From NCBI GenBank assembly GCA_903813345.2, contig CAIIXF020000001.1, positions 45,198,001 through 45,262,000 of the forward strand: a DNA stretch of 64,000 nucleotides, in the 5' to 3' direction. Source of the stretch: Owenia fusiformis. Taxonomy: Eukaryota. Within the stretch, counting starts at the first letter, position 1, and every line of letters begins with the position of its first letter. A program made the position numbers and the translations under genes. Positions 63,182 through 64,000 of the stretch are shown here, piece after piece. A model generated the notes under the pieces. That model had not been told where the DNA came from. It made no database searches and worked only from the letters and a program-made list of their open reading frames with translations.

Positions 63182-64000
63182 CTCTAGTTAGTATTTATCA
63201 ACTATTTTAATTCAGAAATCTATTATATACTATTAATCCATCAAACATTTAATATTTTAGATTAAGTTAGACCATATTATAACATAACACATACTCCTTT
63301 GTCTAATGCTTCTTGTGTACGCTCTTTAACTTTGTCTTTTACTTCAGAATCTTTAATTTTTGCAACTGCTGCTTTTGCATTTTCCATACTGAGTCCTGCC
63401 TTTACACCAGCCTGAAAACAACGAGACAATTAAGTAATAGACTTGAATTTGCTTATTCGCACAAAAAGGAACATAGCTTTATTGTTTTAGGCCAATCAAC
63501 ATTTGATACATGTTTAATGTCAGTATGTCACCTCGCTTTGATAATAAGAGGAACATCTTAGACAATAAATAAACATTTTAAGTGCCCATGTATGTCATTA
63601 TAATGCAAAATGCCACCTGATGCCAAACCCCAACAGCAGAACACCATCCTCTCATGTGTGATGGTGACATAAAATAAACATCCATCAGGATATTAAACAT
63701 ATAATAAACTTTAAATGGCCTTATTATACTTTCTGGTGTAATTTAGAAGAAAATTAACAAAATCCAGTGAAAAGATGTCTGTGTCTGCTATGAAAACATT
63801 GTTGTGAAAAATGATATGAACCTCATGTACATTGAGTTGAGCTCTTATGAAGAGCCATTAAATCAAATGAGTGGTCTGTTCCAACTAACCTGAATAAAAC
63901 TTTCTGGCAGGTAGATGTCTTCATCCTACAAAAATATTGAACAGGAATAAAAGATGAAAAGATATTGATAGTTTTGCATCAAAAAACTTCCATCCCCCTG

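Noticed and set aside
236..63561. Many 60-122 aa ORFs in introns and flanks as nested genes or transposases
   Set aside because: F/L/I/K-rich composition typical of AT-rich non-coding DNA, many non-ATG starts, and no RT, DDE, tyrosine recombinase or helicase motifs recognised.

Overview
AT-rich animal genomic DNA. The repeat types suggest a marine invertebrate, probably a mollusc, but that is inference. The window holds one complete + strand protein-coding gene, an invertebrate Prdm3/16 orthologue (MECOM/EVI1-PRDM16, hamlet, egl-43 family). I assembled 7 coding exons by hand: 5993-6029, 20760-21109, 48386-48520, 53183-53300, 55545-55701, 56762-56861 and 57086-59047. All introns are GT-AG with compatible phases. 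The CDS is 2859 nt (952 aa) and encodes a PR/SET domain, 5 N-terminal zinc fingers, CtBP motifs, 3 C-terminal zinc fingers and an acidic tail. Exons 1 and 5 are missing from the ORF track. Introns 1 and 2 are very long (14.7 and 27.3 kb). The flanks carry non-autonomous DNA-transposon relics. I see no new enzymatic or defence system. The best leads are: candidate intronic promoters and first exons for EVI1-like PR-truncated isoforms; apparent absence of zinc fingers 2-3; an intron-free 3' two-thirds of the CDS; recurrent RFX X-boxes and CSL sites; a possible autoregulatory EVI1 site; a dispersed 36-nt element; and a 3' UTR with miR-133 and neural miRNA seeds plus Pumilio sites. All motif calls were made by eye and need the stated checks.
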